Positions 23,509-34,457 of a stretch of 64,000 bases of DNA are shown one piece after another. Source of the DNA: a virus; IMG/VR virus record IMGVR_UViG_3300024518_000876, positions 26,955-90,954 of that record, one strand, 5' to 3'. A program made the translations under genes and the position numbers. Within the stretch, counting starts at the first letter, position 1. Each line of letters begins with the position of its first letter. Below the pieces are notes generated by a model that had not been told where the DNA came from, did no database searches, and was given only the letters and a program-made list of their open reading frames with translations.

Positions 23509-25799
23509 AAATGAACAAGTTCCAATCACCTCTGTCAGATGAGTTAAAAGAAAACTTACCTAAAGAGGTGTGGGAAGATATAGTAGAATATATCGCGACT
23601 GTTCCAATGATTAAGAACTTAATTGCAGACGAATCTGTAAGAGGGTTTGCAAAAGATCGTCCTAGAAATGAAAGTGGTAAAATTGTAGTAGATGTTACAA
23701 AGCCACATATATTAGAGGATATGGACTTCTTTAGGCAACGTGCTTTATTTTATGAAAGTACTTGTCCAGATAAAGAGCGCCTAGAAGGCGGTAGGTACAC
23801 TAATCTTCCTGTTAACTCTAACCCTAAGTCAGAATACGCTGATTTTTGGAGAGAGGAGTTACGTAGGTGGAAAGAAGGACTTGTAAGAGAGTCAGATGGA
23901 GAATGGATACCTGGTCAGCTATATTTTTATTGGAACTTCTCACCTATTTGGTTGGTAGAGAAAGTTAAGGGAGATAAGTCTACAAGTAAGAAGTCTAAAG
24001 GTAAAAGGATGAGAAAATTCCCTAAACCTTGGTTAGGTGACTATTTGTTTTATCATTATATGGAACAAGGTCGGACTAATGGGCAACACGGTAAGTTATT
24101 AAAGACAAGAGGGGTTGGGTTCTCATTTAAAATGGGATCTATATCTCCTTGTAACATGTATACATATACAGGGTCAGGAAATCCTAATTTTCACTTAGCA
24201 TCTGATAAAACATTCCTTACAGGTGATAAAGGGGTATTTGGAAAGGTATTAGATGTACTGGATTGGATTGCAGATACTACTCCATTACCTAAGTTACGTA
24301 TTCTTGATAGTAAAAGAGCTATGGAGATTCAACTTGGGTATATGGATGAATATGGTGTCAGAAAGGGAATATTATCTTCTGTATTTGGTATATCTTTAAA
24401 AGATAATCCAGATAAAGCTAGGGGTATTCGTGGACCACTTATTCACTATGAAGAGGATGGATTATTTCCTAATCTTGAAAAAGCATGGGGTGTAAATAGA
24501 AAAGCCGTGGAGGATGGAGATGTAGCCTTTGGATATATGTTAGCAGGTGGAACTGGAGGAACAGAAGGAGCTTCTTTTGAAGGATCTGAAAAGTTATTCT
24601 ATAGACCAGGTGCGTACAACATTTATGGTGTACCTAACGTATATGATAGAAATGTAAACGGAGATACACTTTGTGGATTCTTCTGGGGAGGATATTTAAA
24701 TAGAAATGGGTGTTATGACGAAGATTTGGGAGAACCTGATGTTATTAAAGCTTTGACAGAGATATTGTTAGATAGACATGAAGTTAAGTATAACTCGTCT
24801 GATCCATCTGCATTAACTCAAAAGAAAGCAGAGGAACCTATTACTCCACAAGAGGCAGTAATGCGTACAGAAGGGACAGTATTTCCTGTAGCAGATTTAA
24901 AAGAGTATTTAGAAACTATTGCACCAAGAAAAGAGATATTTTTATCTGAACATTACGTAGGTGATTTAGTGTATGATGCGCAAGGAAAAGTAGTATGGAA
25001 ACCTAATTTAGATAAGTATCCATTAAGAAGTTATGATAATACTTCAGGTGACAGAACTGGTGCATTAGAGATATTTGAGATGCCTAGGAAAAATAATGCA
25101 GGTGAAATACCACCAGGTAGATATATTGCAGGTATTGACCCTATTGACGCAGATGCAGGGCAATCTTTATTTTCTATATTAGTTATGGATACATTTACAG
25201 ATAGGATTGTAGCAGAGTACTCGGGACGACCTAGGACAGCAAATGAGGCGTATGAGATAGCACTTCGTACGTTAATGTTTTATAATGCTCAAGCGAATTA
25301 CGAAAGTAACTTAAAAGGGCTCTTTTCTTATTTTAGTAATAAGAACAAGTTACACTACTTATGTGATACTCCACAAGTACTTAGGGATATGGAAATGATT
25401 AAAGCCACTAACCAGTATGGTAACAGAGCTAAAGGTACACATGCAAATCCTAAGCTAAATTCATGGGGTAGAATACTACAAGCAGATTGGCAAATTAGTA
25501 AAGCCTATTCTACTGACCCGGATGATCAGAGGTTAAATTTACACAGGTTGAGGTCATTAGCTTATATAGAAGAATGTATTTACTGGAACGCAGATGGAAA
25601 CTTTGATAGAGTATCTGCAGGTATACTTTTATTTATATTAAGAGAAGATAGAGTAAGATTAACGGAGACTGTTAAAGCTAACTTAGATAAACGAACAAGT
25701 AAAGTAGCAAATGATGCTTATTTTGCAAGAAATTACAAGAAAAAAGATGGATATAGCCAGTTGGCAAGGAATTTAAATAAAGGTTTTAAGTTTGAATAG
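23499..25799 (+). CDS. terL: Terminase large subunit
   Basis: LLKTRGVGFSFK Walker A region, YEEDG Walker B, GGTGG, nuclease AGIDPID and FDRVSA; lies upstream of the portal. Confidence 0.9.
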   Translation: MELKMNKFQSPLSDELKENLPKEVWEDIVEYIATVPMIKNLIADESVRGFAKDRPRNESGKIVVDVTKPHILEDMDFFRQRALFYESTCPDKERLEGGRYTNLPVNSNPKSEYADFWREELRRWKEGLVRESDGEWIPGQLYFYWNFSPIWLVEKVKGDKSTSKKSKGKRMRKFPKPWLGDYLFYHYMEQGRTNGQHGKLLKTRGVGFSFKMGSISPCNMYTYTGSGNPNFHLASDKTFLTGDKGVFGKVLDVLDWIADTTPLPKLRILDSKRAMEIQLGYMDEYGVRKGILSSVFGISLKDNPDKARGIRGPLIHYEEDGLFPNLEKAWGVNRKAVEDGDVAFGYMLAGGTGGTEGASFEGSEKLFYRPGAYNIYGVPNVYDRNVNGDTLCGFFWGGYLNRNGCYDEDLGEPDVIKALTEILLDRHEVKYNSSDPSALTQKKAEEPITPQEAVMRTEGTVFPVADLKEYLETIAPRKEIFLSEHYVGDLVYDAQGKVVWKPNLDKYPLRSYDNTSGDRTGALEIFEMPRKNNAGEIPPGRYIAGIDPIDADAGQSLFSILVMDTFTDRIVAEYSGRPRTANEAYEIALRTLMFYNAQANYESNLKGLFSYFSNKNKLHYLCDTPQVLRDMEMIKATNQYGNRAKGTHANPKLNSWGRILQADWQISKAYSTDPDDQRLNLHRLRSLAYIEECIYWNADGNFDRVSAGILLFILREDRVRLTETVKANLDKRTSKVANDAYFARNYKKKDGYSQLARNLNKGFKFE

Positions 25800-25829
25800 C
25801 TATATGTAAGCAATACTAATTTAGCATAT

Positions 25830-25860
25830 AATCTCATATGATTAGGTTTTATATGAGATT
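25830..25860. promoter_or_regulatory. 10-bp inverted repeat between terminase and portal
   Basis: AATCTCATAT-N11-ATATGAGATT. Confidence 0.35.
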
Positions 25861-25894
25861 TGTGTTATATTACATAGTTAATAAAAAATATAAA

Positions 25895-28297
25895 ATGGGA
25901 AGAATTAATAATTCAGGACAACCTCCACAAAGGTTGGCATATAAAAGTAAGACTAAAAAGTGGCGTAAAGATAACGTAGAATTTGCAGATAAACATAGTT
26001 TTTATCATAGTGAAAGTGTACGCCAAACTTTAAAAAATAAAATAGTTAACCTCAATTTATACAATGGAATTGTGGATGTGCAAGATATGACACATGTAGT
26101 TAACCCACATAGTATAGAAGCTGACTTTGTACCAGATAATATACCTCATCATCCAATAGCTGTACCTAAAATAGATTTACTAGTAGGAGAACAAGCTAAA
26201 AGAAGGTTTGATTGGTCTGTTATAGTAACTAATTCAGATGCTATTAGTAAAAAAGAAGAAGATAAAAAGAAAATGCTTCAAGGTAAAATTACTGAATTTT
26301 TACAAAGTAATTATGAAAATGAAGAACTAGAAGCCAAAATGAAAGGTTTGCAAAAATACATGAAGTATGAATGGCAAGACTTACGTGAAAGAATGGCTAA
26401 CCAAATTTTAAAGCATTATTGGGCAGAGCAGAACTTTTCTAAGATGTTTACTAATGGGTTTAAGAATGCTTTGATAATGGCAGAAGAAACTTACCAAGTA
26501 GGTGTAGAACACGGCGAACCTTTTGCTAAAATGCTAAACCCATTAAAAGTACATGCGGTAAGAAGCGGAAATTCAGATAAAATAGAAGATTCTAATATTA
26601 TAATAGTAGAAGACCACTGGAGTACAGGAAAAATCATAGATGTGTACCACGATGAGTTAAAACCATCAGATGTAGATAAAATAATGGAATATACTACTAC
26701 TTCCGGTAGTGGAAGTTACGACGATGATGATAGTAACCATACTTTGTTAAGAGATGGAGCAGATGAGTTAATAGGTTCTTATTTAAATATAGCAGAGCTA
26801 AATGGACATTACTTTTCATCTGATTACACAGATACAGATGGTAATATGAGAGTATTACAAGTATTTTGGAAAAGTCTTAAAAAAATTAAAAAAGTAAAGT
26901 ATTATGATGAAAGTGGAGAAGTACAATATAAAATACGTTCTGAAGAATATATAGAAGATAAAGATTTAGGAGAAGAGTCTACTTCTTTATGGGTTAATGA
27001 ATGGTGGGAAGGTACTATGATTGGAAAAGATATTTTCTTAAATATGAAACCTCGTAGTATTCAATACAATAAAATAAATAATCCTTCTTATTGTCATCCG
27101 GGCATAATTGGACAAATATATAACACTAATCAAGGTAGAGCTATATCCTTAATGGATAGAATGAAAAACTATCAGTATTTATATGATGCAGTTTGGGACA
27201 GATTAAATAAAGCTATTGCTAGTAATCATGGTAAAATTCTTGAATTAGATATAGCTAAAATACCAGAAAACTGGGAAATTGATAAATGGTTACACTTTGC
27301 AGTAGTAAATAAAATTGCAGTAATGGATTCTTTTAAAGAAGGTAATCATGGGGCAGCTACTGGTAAACTTGCAGGATCTATGAATACTGTAGGGGGGAGA
27401 GCTATTGATTTAGATACTGGTAATTACATACAACAGCACCAACAGCTTTTGGAGTTTATTAAAAATGAAATGGGTGAAATAGCTGGAGTATCTGCACAAA
27501 GACAAGGACAAATCTCAAATAGAGAAACTGTAGGAGGTGTAGAAAGATCAGTTAATCAGTCATCTCATATTACAGAGTATTGGTTTTTACAACATGAGTC
27601 TGTTAAGGTAAGAGTACTATCTGCTTTTTTAGAAACAGCTAAGTTTGCTTTAAAAGGAAAAAACAAAAAAGCACAGTACATATTAGATGACCAATCTATC
27701 GCTATGTTAGAGATGGATGGAAATCAATTTGCTGAGTGTGATTATGGTTTAGTTGTGACTAATAGTACTAAGACAATGGAGTTAGAACAGATGTTAAAAC
27801 AATCTGCACAAGCATTTATGCAAAATGGAGGTTCTATGTCTGTACTAATGGATATTATGTTTGCACCATCATTAATGGATATGCGTCGCAAGTTAGAAAC
27901 TGCAGAAGAAGAAGCACATCAAAGATCTCAAGAAGCTCAACAAGCACAAGCTAAACAAGCTGAAGCTCAGATGCAAGCTCAAATGCAAGCAGAACAAGCT
28001 AAGATGCAGTTGGAACAAGCTAAGTTACAATTAGATGAAGCTAATAACATTAGAGACAATGAGACTAGGATTAGAATGAAAGAAATGGATGTTATGAATA
28101 GTGGAGAAGAAGTAGAAGCAACTGAAGCACCATTAGATAGAGAGAAGTTTGAGAATGATAAAAACAATTTTAATCAAGAGTTAGAGCTAAAGAAAGAAAA
28201 ACAAAGAGACGATAGAAAAAAACAACAAGATGATGTAAAGTTAAAAGAAAAAGCATTAACTGTGCAAAAACAAAGTAAACAAAATAGCAATAGCTAA
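25895..28297 (+). CDS. Portal protein (likely start MGRINN at 25895)
   Basis: About 800 aa after TerL; NEWWEG, AGVSAQRQGQI and ETVGGVERSV segments and a Q/A-rich coiled-coil tail as in crAss-like portals (recalled). Confidence 0.82.
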   Translation: MGRINNSGQPPQRLAYKSKTKKWRKDNVEFADKHSFYHSESVRQTLKNKIVNLNLYNGIVDVQDMTHVVNPHSIEADFVPDNIPHHPIAVPKIDLLVGEQAKRRFDWSVIVTNSDAISKKEEDKKKMLQGKITEFLQSNYENEELEAKMKGLQKYMKYEWQDLRERMANQILKHYWAEQNFSKMFTNGFKNALIMAEETYQVGVEHGEPFAKMLNPLKVHAVRSGNSDKIEDSNIIIVEDHWSTGKIIDVYHDELKPSDVDKIMEYTTTSGSGSYDDDDSNHTLLRDGADELIGSYLNIAELNGHYFSSDYTDTDGNMRVLQVFWKSLKKIKKVKYYDESGEVQYKIRSEEYIEDKDLGEESTSLWVNEWWEGTMIGKDIFLNMKPRSIQYNKINNPSYCHPGIIGQIYNTNQGRAISLMDRMKNYQYLYDAVWDRLNKAIASNHGKILELDIAKIPENWEIDKWLHFAVVNKIAVMDSFKEGNHGAATGKLAGSMNTVGGRAIDLDTGNYIQQHQQLLEFIKNEMGEIAGVSAQRQGQISNRETVGGVERSVNQSSHITEYWFLQHESVKVRVLSAFLETAKFALKGKNKKAQYILDDQSIAMLEMDGNQFAECDYGLVVTNSTKTMELEQMLKQSAQAFMQNGGSMSVLMDIMFAPSLMDMRRKLETAEEEAHQRSQEAQQAQAKQAEAQMQAQMQAEQAKMQLEQAKLQLDEANNIRDNETRIRMKEMDVMNSGEEVEATEAPLDREKFENDKNNFNQELELKKEKQRDDRKKQQDDVKLKEKALTVQKQSKQNSNS

Positions 28298-28330
28298 TAG
28301 AAGTATAACTGCAGTTAATATAAAATATCA

Positions 28331-28361
28331 TTGACTTTAAGGATAAAAAAGTATATATTTG
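28331..28361 (+). promoter_or_regulatory. Bacteroidota-type promoter for the capsid operon
   Basis: TTGA-N19-TATATTTG before the ATG at 28382. Confidence 0.65.
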
Positions 28362-28381
28362 CTAATATTAAATAAAAAATA

Positions 28382-29488
28382 ATGGGAGAAGAAGAAAATT
28401 TAGGCATGGACCTCTTTGGTTCAGGCGAAAATCTAGAATTAAATCTAGGGAGTACACCTGAAGACTTCACAGGAAGTTTTGAGATAGGTGACGAAAATGA
28501 AAATGATAATTCTGGTGAGGATGCAGCTAATGCTGCTCCAGAGAACGTAGCTGGAGAAGAAGACTCAAATGGAGATAATGGTCCTGACGCAGATAATGAC
28601 GCAGACAATACTACTTCTCCCAGCATGTATTCTTCCTTTGCTAACTTACTGCATGAGGAAGGACTGTTATCTGATTTGGAGTCTAATACAGAAATAAAAA
28701 GTGTAGATGATTTAAAAGCTTTAGTTGAAGCAGAAATTTCTAAAAAAGTAGAAGAAAGATATAGTCCAGAAGAATTGGAAGATATAAAAGCCTTAAGAAA
28801 TGGAGTAACTAGAGAACAATTAGCAGAGCACCACAAAGTGCAAAATCAATTAGATTCTATAGGACAAGAGCATATAGAGAACAATGGTGAATTAAGAAAA
28901 CAACTAATTTATCAAAACTATATTAATCAAGGTCTTTCTGAAGATAAAGCAGCTAGTCTAGTAAACAGAAGTGTAGATTCTAAGTATGACACAGAAGATG
29001 CAATTGATGCGTTAAATAGTTTAAAACAACATCAATCTTATAAATTACAAGCACAACAAGAACAATTAAAAATTGATGCAGCTAATGCGCAAGCCGCGTA
29101 TGAGGCAGAGCAAACAAAGTTAAAAGATTCTATCTATGCAAAAGAGGAAGTAATAAAGGGACAACCTTTTACTAAAGTACTTAAAGATAGAGTTTATAAC
29201 AGCATGACAAATGTTATAGGAAATTCTCCAGAAGGAAATCCTGAAAATGCCCTGATGAAAGATCGCAGGGAAAACCCTATAGAGTTTGATTCCAAACTTT
29301 ACTACCTATATGAATTAACAAAAGGATTTAAAGACTTTAGTGTCTTAAATAAAAAAGCAACAAGTTCTGCAGCAAATGAACTGGAACAAGCTTTAAGGTC
29401 TAGTAATTTTATAGAAGAAAGTGGAATGCCTAACTATCTACAAGATAATGATAGTTATGACGGTATAGGAGATGAATTTGTATTTTAA
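28382..29488 (+). CDS. Acidic scaffold-like head protein
   Basis: Very D/E/N-rich; lies between portal and MCP. Confidence 0.6.
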   Translation: MGEEENLGMDLFGSGENLELNLGSTPEDFTGSFEIGDENENDNSGEDAANAAPENVAGEEDSNGDNGPDADNDADNTTSPSMYSSFANLLHEEGLLSDLESNTEIKSVDDLKALVEAEISKKVEERYSPEELEDIKALRNGVTREQLAEHHKVQNQLDSIGQEHIENNGELRKQLIYQNYINQGLSEDKAASLVNRSVDSKYDTEDAIDALNSLKQHQSYKLQAQQEQLKIDAANAQAAYEAEQTKLKDSIYAKEEVIKGQPFTKVLKDRVYNSMTNVIGNSPEGNPENALMKDRRENPIEFDSKLYYLYELTKGFKDFSVLNKKATSSAANELEQALRSSNFIEESGMPNYLQDNDSYDGIGDEFVF

Positions 29489-29518
29489 TAAGTATATAAT
29501 AAATAAGTAAAATAAATT

Positions 29519-31021
29519 ATGAGTGTAGGAAAATTTGTAATGACTAAGGGAAAAGCCTGGTCAGGATTAACATTAAAGAACCATATTGGTGCTATTTTTG
29601 GAAGTAGACCACAATTGGTTTCTAAACTGACAACTGTTCTATTGCAACAGTCAGGTATGAAGAACTTAGATACAATGTTATCTATGTTCCCAGAAAAAAC
29701 ATTAGAAACATCTGATGATTTTGTATGGAAGTTGGTAGGAAGTGACGAAAGAAACATTCCATTAGTAGAAGCACGTTATAACGGTGCAGTAGTTGTAGAG
29801 GCTGATTCTAATATTGGACAAGGTCGTAGTAACTTTGAATTAGTATTTGGTGAAAAATGGTTTACTGATGTGCATATTATTGCAGGTAACAGACCAGATG
29901 TGTACCAAGTACGTATATTAGATGAACCACGTGAAGAGGGTGGTAACTACGTTTACACTTGTGAAGTGTGGGGTGGTCAAGAGTCATTAGCAGGTATCCC
30001 TGGAGATGAACTTGTAAGAGGCGTAAGATTCTCTATTGAATCTGCTTACGTTGAAGATGAACTTTCTACAAGAGGTGCAGGAATACAATTTACTTCTCCT
30101 TACTTAATGAGAAATAGTATGTCTACATTAAGAGTAGAGCATAAAGTATCTGGAGCTATGATTGACTGTAAAATTGAACCAGTTTATCATACAGGAATTG
30201 AAACTAGAGACCCTAACTCAGGTAAGGTGCATAGATCAATGACATGGATGCAAGAAGTTTACTGGCAGTTTGAAAAGTCATTATCTAGATTAAAGTCTCG
30301 TACTTGTATGTTTGGTAAGACTAACCGTGATGAAAATGGTAGATTCTTAAACAAAGGTAAATCAAATATTGAAATCAAAGCAGGTTCTGGAATTAGAGAG
30401 CAAATGGAAGTGTCTAACACTGTACATTATAATACATTCTCTATTAGATTACTAGAAGATATGCTTTATGAGCTATCTGAAGGAAAATTAGATTTCTCTG
30501 AACGTAAGTTTGTATTATACACAGGTGAAAGAGGAGCTGCTCAGTTCCATAGAGCTGTTACAGCTGAAGCATCTGGATGGTCTAACTTAACTAATACTAA
30601 CCCATCTACTTATCAGAAAACTACTTCTAAATTGCATACAAATGCATTTAAAGCTGGATTCCAGTTTACTGAATGGTTAGCACCTAACAACGTACATATT
30701 GTACTTAATGTTGACCCAGCATACGATGATAAAGTAAGAAATAAAATTATTCATCCAGATGGAGGTGTAGCAGAGTCATACAGATATGACATTTTCTACA
30801 TGGGATCTATGGAAGAGCCAAACATTCAAAAAGTTAAGGTTCGTGGAAATGATGAACTAAGAGGATACCAAGCAGGTATTAGAGATCCTTTTACAGGACG
30901 TAAAGGTGGTAGAATGGAAAGAATGGAAGATTCTGCAACTATTACTGCAATGATAGAAATCGGAGCATTAGTTAAAGATCCTTCTAGAACTGCGACATTA
31001 AAACCGTCTATCTTAGGATAA
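29519..31021 (+). CDS. Major capsid protein
   Basis: 500 aa; position after portal and scaffold; KFVLYTGERG and GFQFTEW segments like crAss MCP (recalled); strong terminator follows. Confidence 0.82.
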   Translation: MSVGKFVMTKGKAWSGLTLKNHIGAIFGSRPQLVSKLTTVLLQQSGMKNLDTMLSMFPEKTLETSDDFVWKLVGSDERNIPLVEARYNGAVVVEADSNIGQGRSNFELVFGEKWFTDVHIIAGNRPDVYQVRILDEPREEGGNYVYTCEVWGGQESLAGIPGDELVRGVRFSIESAYVEDELSTRGAGIQFTSPYLMRNSMSTLRVEHKVSGAMIDCKIEPVYHTGIETRDPNSGKVHRSMTWMQEVYWQFEKSLSRLKSRTCMFGKTNRDENGRFLNKGKSNIEIKAGSGIREQMEVSNTVHYNTFSIRLLEDMLYELSEGKLDFSERKFVLYTGERGAAQFHRAVTAEASGWSNLTNTNPSTYQKTTSKLHTNAFKAGFQFTEWLAPNNVHIVLNVDPAYDDKVRNKIIHPDGGVAESYRYDIFYMGSMEEPNIQKVKVRGNDELRGYQAGIRDPFTGRKGGRMERMEDSATITAMIEIGALVKDPSRTATLKPSILG

Positions 31022-31035
31022 TATTTAAAGGGCTT

Positions 31036-31070
31036 TAAGAGGTGAGCCGCAATCACCTCTTATTTTTATT
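31036..31070 (+). terminator. Intrinsic terminator after MCP
   Basis: TAAGAGGTGA-GCCGCAA-TCACCTCTTA then TTTTTATT. Confidence 0.8.
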
Positions 31071-31090
31071 AAGGAAGAAAAAAAATTAAA

Positions 31091-31951
31091 ATGGGAGAAA
31101 CAAAAGAAGTAGGTACATTTAAGTTACCTAAAAGAAGAGTAGTAGTAAAATACATTAAGAGAAAAAGAGGAATGGCAGCAGGTGAACACATCACTGAAGA
31201 CCACGTAATATCCGGAGGGATGCTTACTAACTCTACTAGAAAGTTTCAAGCGCCTTTGCTTAGAAACGGATCAATTGCCAATGTTTTAACAGATGAAGAA
31301 AAGAAATTTTTAGAACAAGTAACAAGTTTAAACTTATCTACGTATGGTTCATTCTGGAAAGAGCAATTTGTAACTCTTAGAAAAGAAGACAATTCATTTG
31401 ACTTATCAAATCCAATAGATTACATTTCTGTAAAAATTTTAGAAAGCTGTAAAGCATTAATAGCTCCTAATTGGGACGCTAGAAATAAAAAATTAACTTA
31501 TCAATTTGTCATCACTGAACCAGGTGCTGAAATGAGAGAAGTTAAGAAAAAATATGATGCTAAAAAAGAAGCATTTAAAATGTACGGTAAGATTGAAGAA
31601 GACAAAGCGCAATTACTAGGTATTTTAAAAATACTTGAAAAGAAACCTATCTCAGCTAATTCTGACTTAGAGTGGGTACAAGGTAAAGTAGAAGGTATTA
31701 TTGATGATACCCCTAAAAGATTTGTAGAGTTAATTAAGAACCCTGCGTATCATACTATGTTATTATTAAACAAAGGATTAGATGCAGGTGTAATACAAAG
31801 ACAAGGAAATAAATACGCAACTACTGATGGATTAGATTTAGCAGATGTAGGAGAAATTGCAACTTTTGATGTAGCAATTAGGTATTTAGATGACCCTAAA
31901 AATCAAGAAGTCAGAACATTAATAGAAGCAAAGATTAATAACGCAGACTAA
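31091..31951 (+). CDS. Conserved crAss-like virion/assembly protein
   Basis: 286 aa directly after MCP. Confidence 0.6.
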   Translation: MGETKEVGTFKLPKRRVVVKYIKRKRGMAAGEHITEDHVISGGMLTNSTRKFQAPLLRNGSIANVLTDEEKKFLEQVTSLNLSTYGSFWKEQFVTLRKEDNSFDLSNPIDYISVKILESCKALIAPNWDARNKKLTYQFVITEPGAEMREVKKKYDAKKEAFKMYGKIEEDKAQLLGILKILEKKPISANSDLEWVQGKVEGIIDDTPKRFVELIKNPAYHTMLLLNKGLDAGVIQRQGNKYATTDGLDLADVGEIATFDVAIRYLDDPKNQEVRTLIEAKINNAD

Positions 31952-31953
31952 TT

Positions 31954-32700
31954 ATGAATATAGTAGAATTTAGTAACGAATTTGATATTCTCTATGATAA
32001 TATAGCCACAAAAGGTGCTCCTGGTATAGACCAATATGAAAAATCTGTATATCTTACAACTGCTCAATTAGAGATAGTTAAAAACTATTACGACCCAAGA
32101 AGTAATAGGAAACAAGTAGGATTTGAAAGATCAGAAAAAAGAAGAGTAGACCTTAAGGAATTAATTAGAAATTACAAATCAACTGTAACTATAGATTCTA
32201 CAGACAATATATCACCAGATTCACAATTCTTCAGAATCCCAAGTGATACGTTCTTAATCATTCAAGAACAAGCAAGCCTCATCTCTGAGGATGAATGCCT
32301 AAATGGTAAGGTCGTAAGAGTAGACCCCCAAACCTACGATGAATATAATATACAAAAAGATAATCCTTTCAGACAGCCAGATGCTAATTTTATCTGGCGG
32401 TTGGATTATTATAGTCAATTAGGAGGCACTAAAAATGTAGAACTTATATCTCCATACAATATTCAAACATACCAAATTAGATATATTAGATTTCCAGAAC
32501 CTATTATCCTCACTGACTTAAATGACGGAGAGTTTATAGGAATGGATTTATCTATAGACGGTAAGGTTACATCCCAAACTTGCAAATTAAACGTAGAAAT
32601 ACATAGAGAAGTATTAAATAGAGCTGTAGAGCTAGCAGTTAGGGATTATAGAGAGAATAGTTTACAAAGTAAAATTCAAACCAATAATAGAAACGAGTAA
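31954..32700 (+). CDS. Head-tail connector / ring protein
   Basis: EFSNEFDILYDNI, EKSVYLTTAQ, Y.IRYIRFPEPIIL and HREVLNRAVELA pattern typical of crAss ring proteins (recalled). Confidence 0.6.
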   Translation: MNIVEFSNEFDILYDNIATKGAPGIDQYEKSVYLTTAQLEIVKNYYDPRSNRKQVGFERSEKRRVDLKELIRNYKSTVTIDSTDNISPDSQFFRIPSDTFLIIQEQASLISEDECLNGKVVRVDPQTYDEYNIQKDNPFRQPDANFIWRLDYYSQLGGTKNVELISPYNIQTYQIRYIRFPEPIILTDLNDGEFIGMDLSIDGKVTSQTCKLNVEIHREVLNRAVELAVRDYRENSLQSKIQTNNRNE

Positions 32701-32726
32701 TAATAAATAAATTAAAATAAATAAAC

Positions 32727-33746
32727 ATGAGTGTATTTGGACCGAATCAGGTAGAAGAACTAATAATTGTAAATGGTAATGCAGCTGCAGAAGCAGATGT
32801 ACCAAGTTTTATTGCTAACGCAGTTAGTGGTGATGCTCAATTACTAGGTAAAGATGGTGGAGCATTAGGATTAAACAAGCCTTTTTATGCTTTACAAAAG
32901 ACAGCAGGTAATGCTGCAAGAGGATTAGATTATGAATTTTCAGATGGAGTTAGCCCTAGGTTAATAGAAAGTGTACGAGCAGTTGCTTATTCTGAAGAAA
33001 TAGGAAAAAAAGTATTAGTAAGAGGATTTGGAGGAAACGTAATTCAAAACGCAACTTATGAAGTATTCATTCGTATTTATAATGACGGTGGAGCACTATC
33101 TACAGAAAACTTTAGATTTATCTATGGTAATTTTGTTACTGATGTAAACTTTGTTGGAACAGCAGAAGATATAGTAGATGGAATTATTGATAGTATGAAT
33201 AAGTCGTTACGATTAAGTTACACTGATTCAGGAGCTTTTTCAGTAACTAAATCAGCTATTCCGTTAGGTATAGAAATTGAAGGATTAATTCAACCTACGG
33301 ATCGTTCTAAAATTACAGGAAGACCAATTGAATTTGATGTACAAGTAACTGTAAAAGATAACTGTAACACTTTAAATTGTTCAACACCTGCAGTTTACAA
33401 CTTCTTAGAAAAAGATATTCTTTCAGAAGTATTTCCAGGAACAGGAACAGGTAAAATTGTAGGAAACTTAGAATGGTTTACTAAAGGTTACAAATATGAG
33501 CCTTACAGAGAATCAGCTTATCCTGCAAACTTTAATACTCCGTATTACGCAGATCTAAATGGTGAGTATAATATGATTCATATTACTTACTTTGATGAGC
33601 GTAAATATACAAATGTTGAAAGACAGTATAGAGTATTAACTATAGCAGTAGGAGACGATGCTGCATTTGCAAAAGTAAATGCTATTTTAGCAGATATTAG
33701 AATTGCATCTGGACTTACCACTGCAGAGTTACCAGATTTAGCATAA
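32727..33746 (+). CDS. Structural protein, probably auxiliary capsid protein
   Basis: 339 aa, beta-rich; followed by a strong terminator. Confidence 0.5.
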   Translation: MSVFGPNQVEELIIVNGNAAAEADVPSFIANAVSGDAQLLGKDGGALGLNKPFYALQKTAGNAARGLDYEFSDGVSPRLIESVRAVAYSEEIGKKVLVRGFGGNVIQNATYEVFIRIYNDGGALSTENFRFIYGNFVTDVNFVGTAEDIVDGIIDSMNKSLRLSYTDSGAFSVTKSAIPLGIEIEGLIQPTDRSKITGRPIEFDVQVTVKDNCNTLNCSTPAVYNFLEKDILSEVFPGTGTGKIVGNLEWFTKGYKYEPYRESAYPANFNTPYYADLNGEYNMIHITYFDERKYTNVERQYRVLTIAVGDDAAFAKVNAILADIRIASGLTTAELPDLA

Positions 33747-33768
33747 TTATTAATTAACTTATAACACC

Positions 33769-33806
33769 AAAAAGGGTTGAGTCATTCTTGATTCTACCCT
33801 TTTTTT
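33769..33806 (+). terminator. Intrinsic terminator (A-tract/U-tract, possibly bidirectional)
   Basis: AAAAAGGGT...ACCCTTTTTTT. Confidence 0.75.
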
Positions 33807-33818
33807 ATATACAATAAT

Positions 33819-34457
33819 ATGATATACGTAAATATATTTAATATTACGCCAGATCAAAAAACCATTCAAGTATCAGTAGAAACTAAAGTTGGATTTAATA
33901 TTACTTCTTTAAAGTTTTGGAACCAAGATACTTATAAAGATGAAACTTTAGCAGTAGACTTAGAGTATAAACTTCAGCAAATAAATAATAAAGAAGTTTT
34001 TCTAATTGAAGCAGAGGAATTAGGAGGAATAGATATTTTTTCAGGTATTTACTTTTTAGAAATAGAAAGTGACACCCCTGCAGAAGAATGTGCAACATGT
34101 ACAAATCCTACTATAGCTGTAACAGCTAATTTTACAAATATTCAAAATTGTATTTTAAATGATGTATTAAACTTATCAGTTTGTGACGGAGATATATTTA
34201 CAGATACAAATTGTAATGGAAATAAAGGAGTAAGTATTATAAACAAAAGCCTATTGTTAGATGCACTATGCGCAGCATTAACAGCAGGATATTACGAAGA
34301 AGCTATAGATATATATGGCTCTTTACTTAAAATGTGCAAAATAGATACTAATTGTCCAGAATGTAATACATGTGATACATGTGGAAACATAGGTGAAAAT
34401 TCACCTTTAGCAGGATTAGGTTATGGAACATTAGGAAACACTTTAATACTAGCATAA
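33819..34457 (+). CDS. Cys-rich putative tail hub/adaptor protein
   Basis: 212 aa with CATC and CPECNTCDTC; heads the tail-fibre operon. Confidence 0.55.
   Translation: MIYVNIFNITPDQKTIQVSVETKVGFNITSLKFWNQDTYKDETLAVDLEYKLQQINNKEVFLIEAEELGGIDIFSGIYFLEIESDTPAEECATCTNPTIAVTANFTNIQNCILNDVLNLSVCDGDIFTDTNCNGNKGVSIINKSLLLDALCAALTAGYYEEAIDIYGSLLKMCKIDTNCPECNTCDTCGNIGENSPLAGLGYGTLGNTLILA

Noticed and set aside
5102-25799. Inteins or further introns in the polymerase, GroEL or terminase
   Set aside because: Conserved motifs are contiguous at expected spacing and no intein or group I core signatures were noticed
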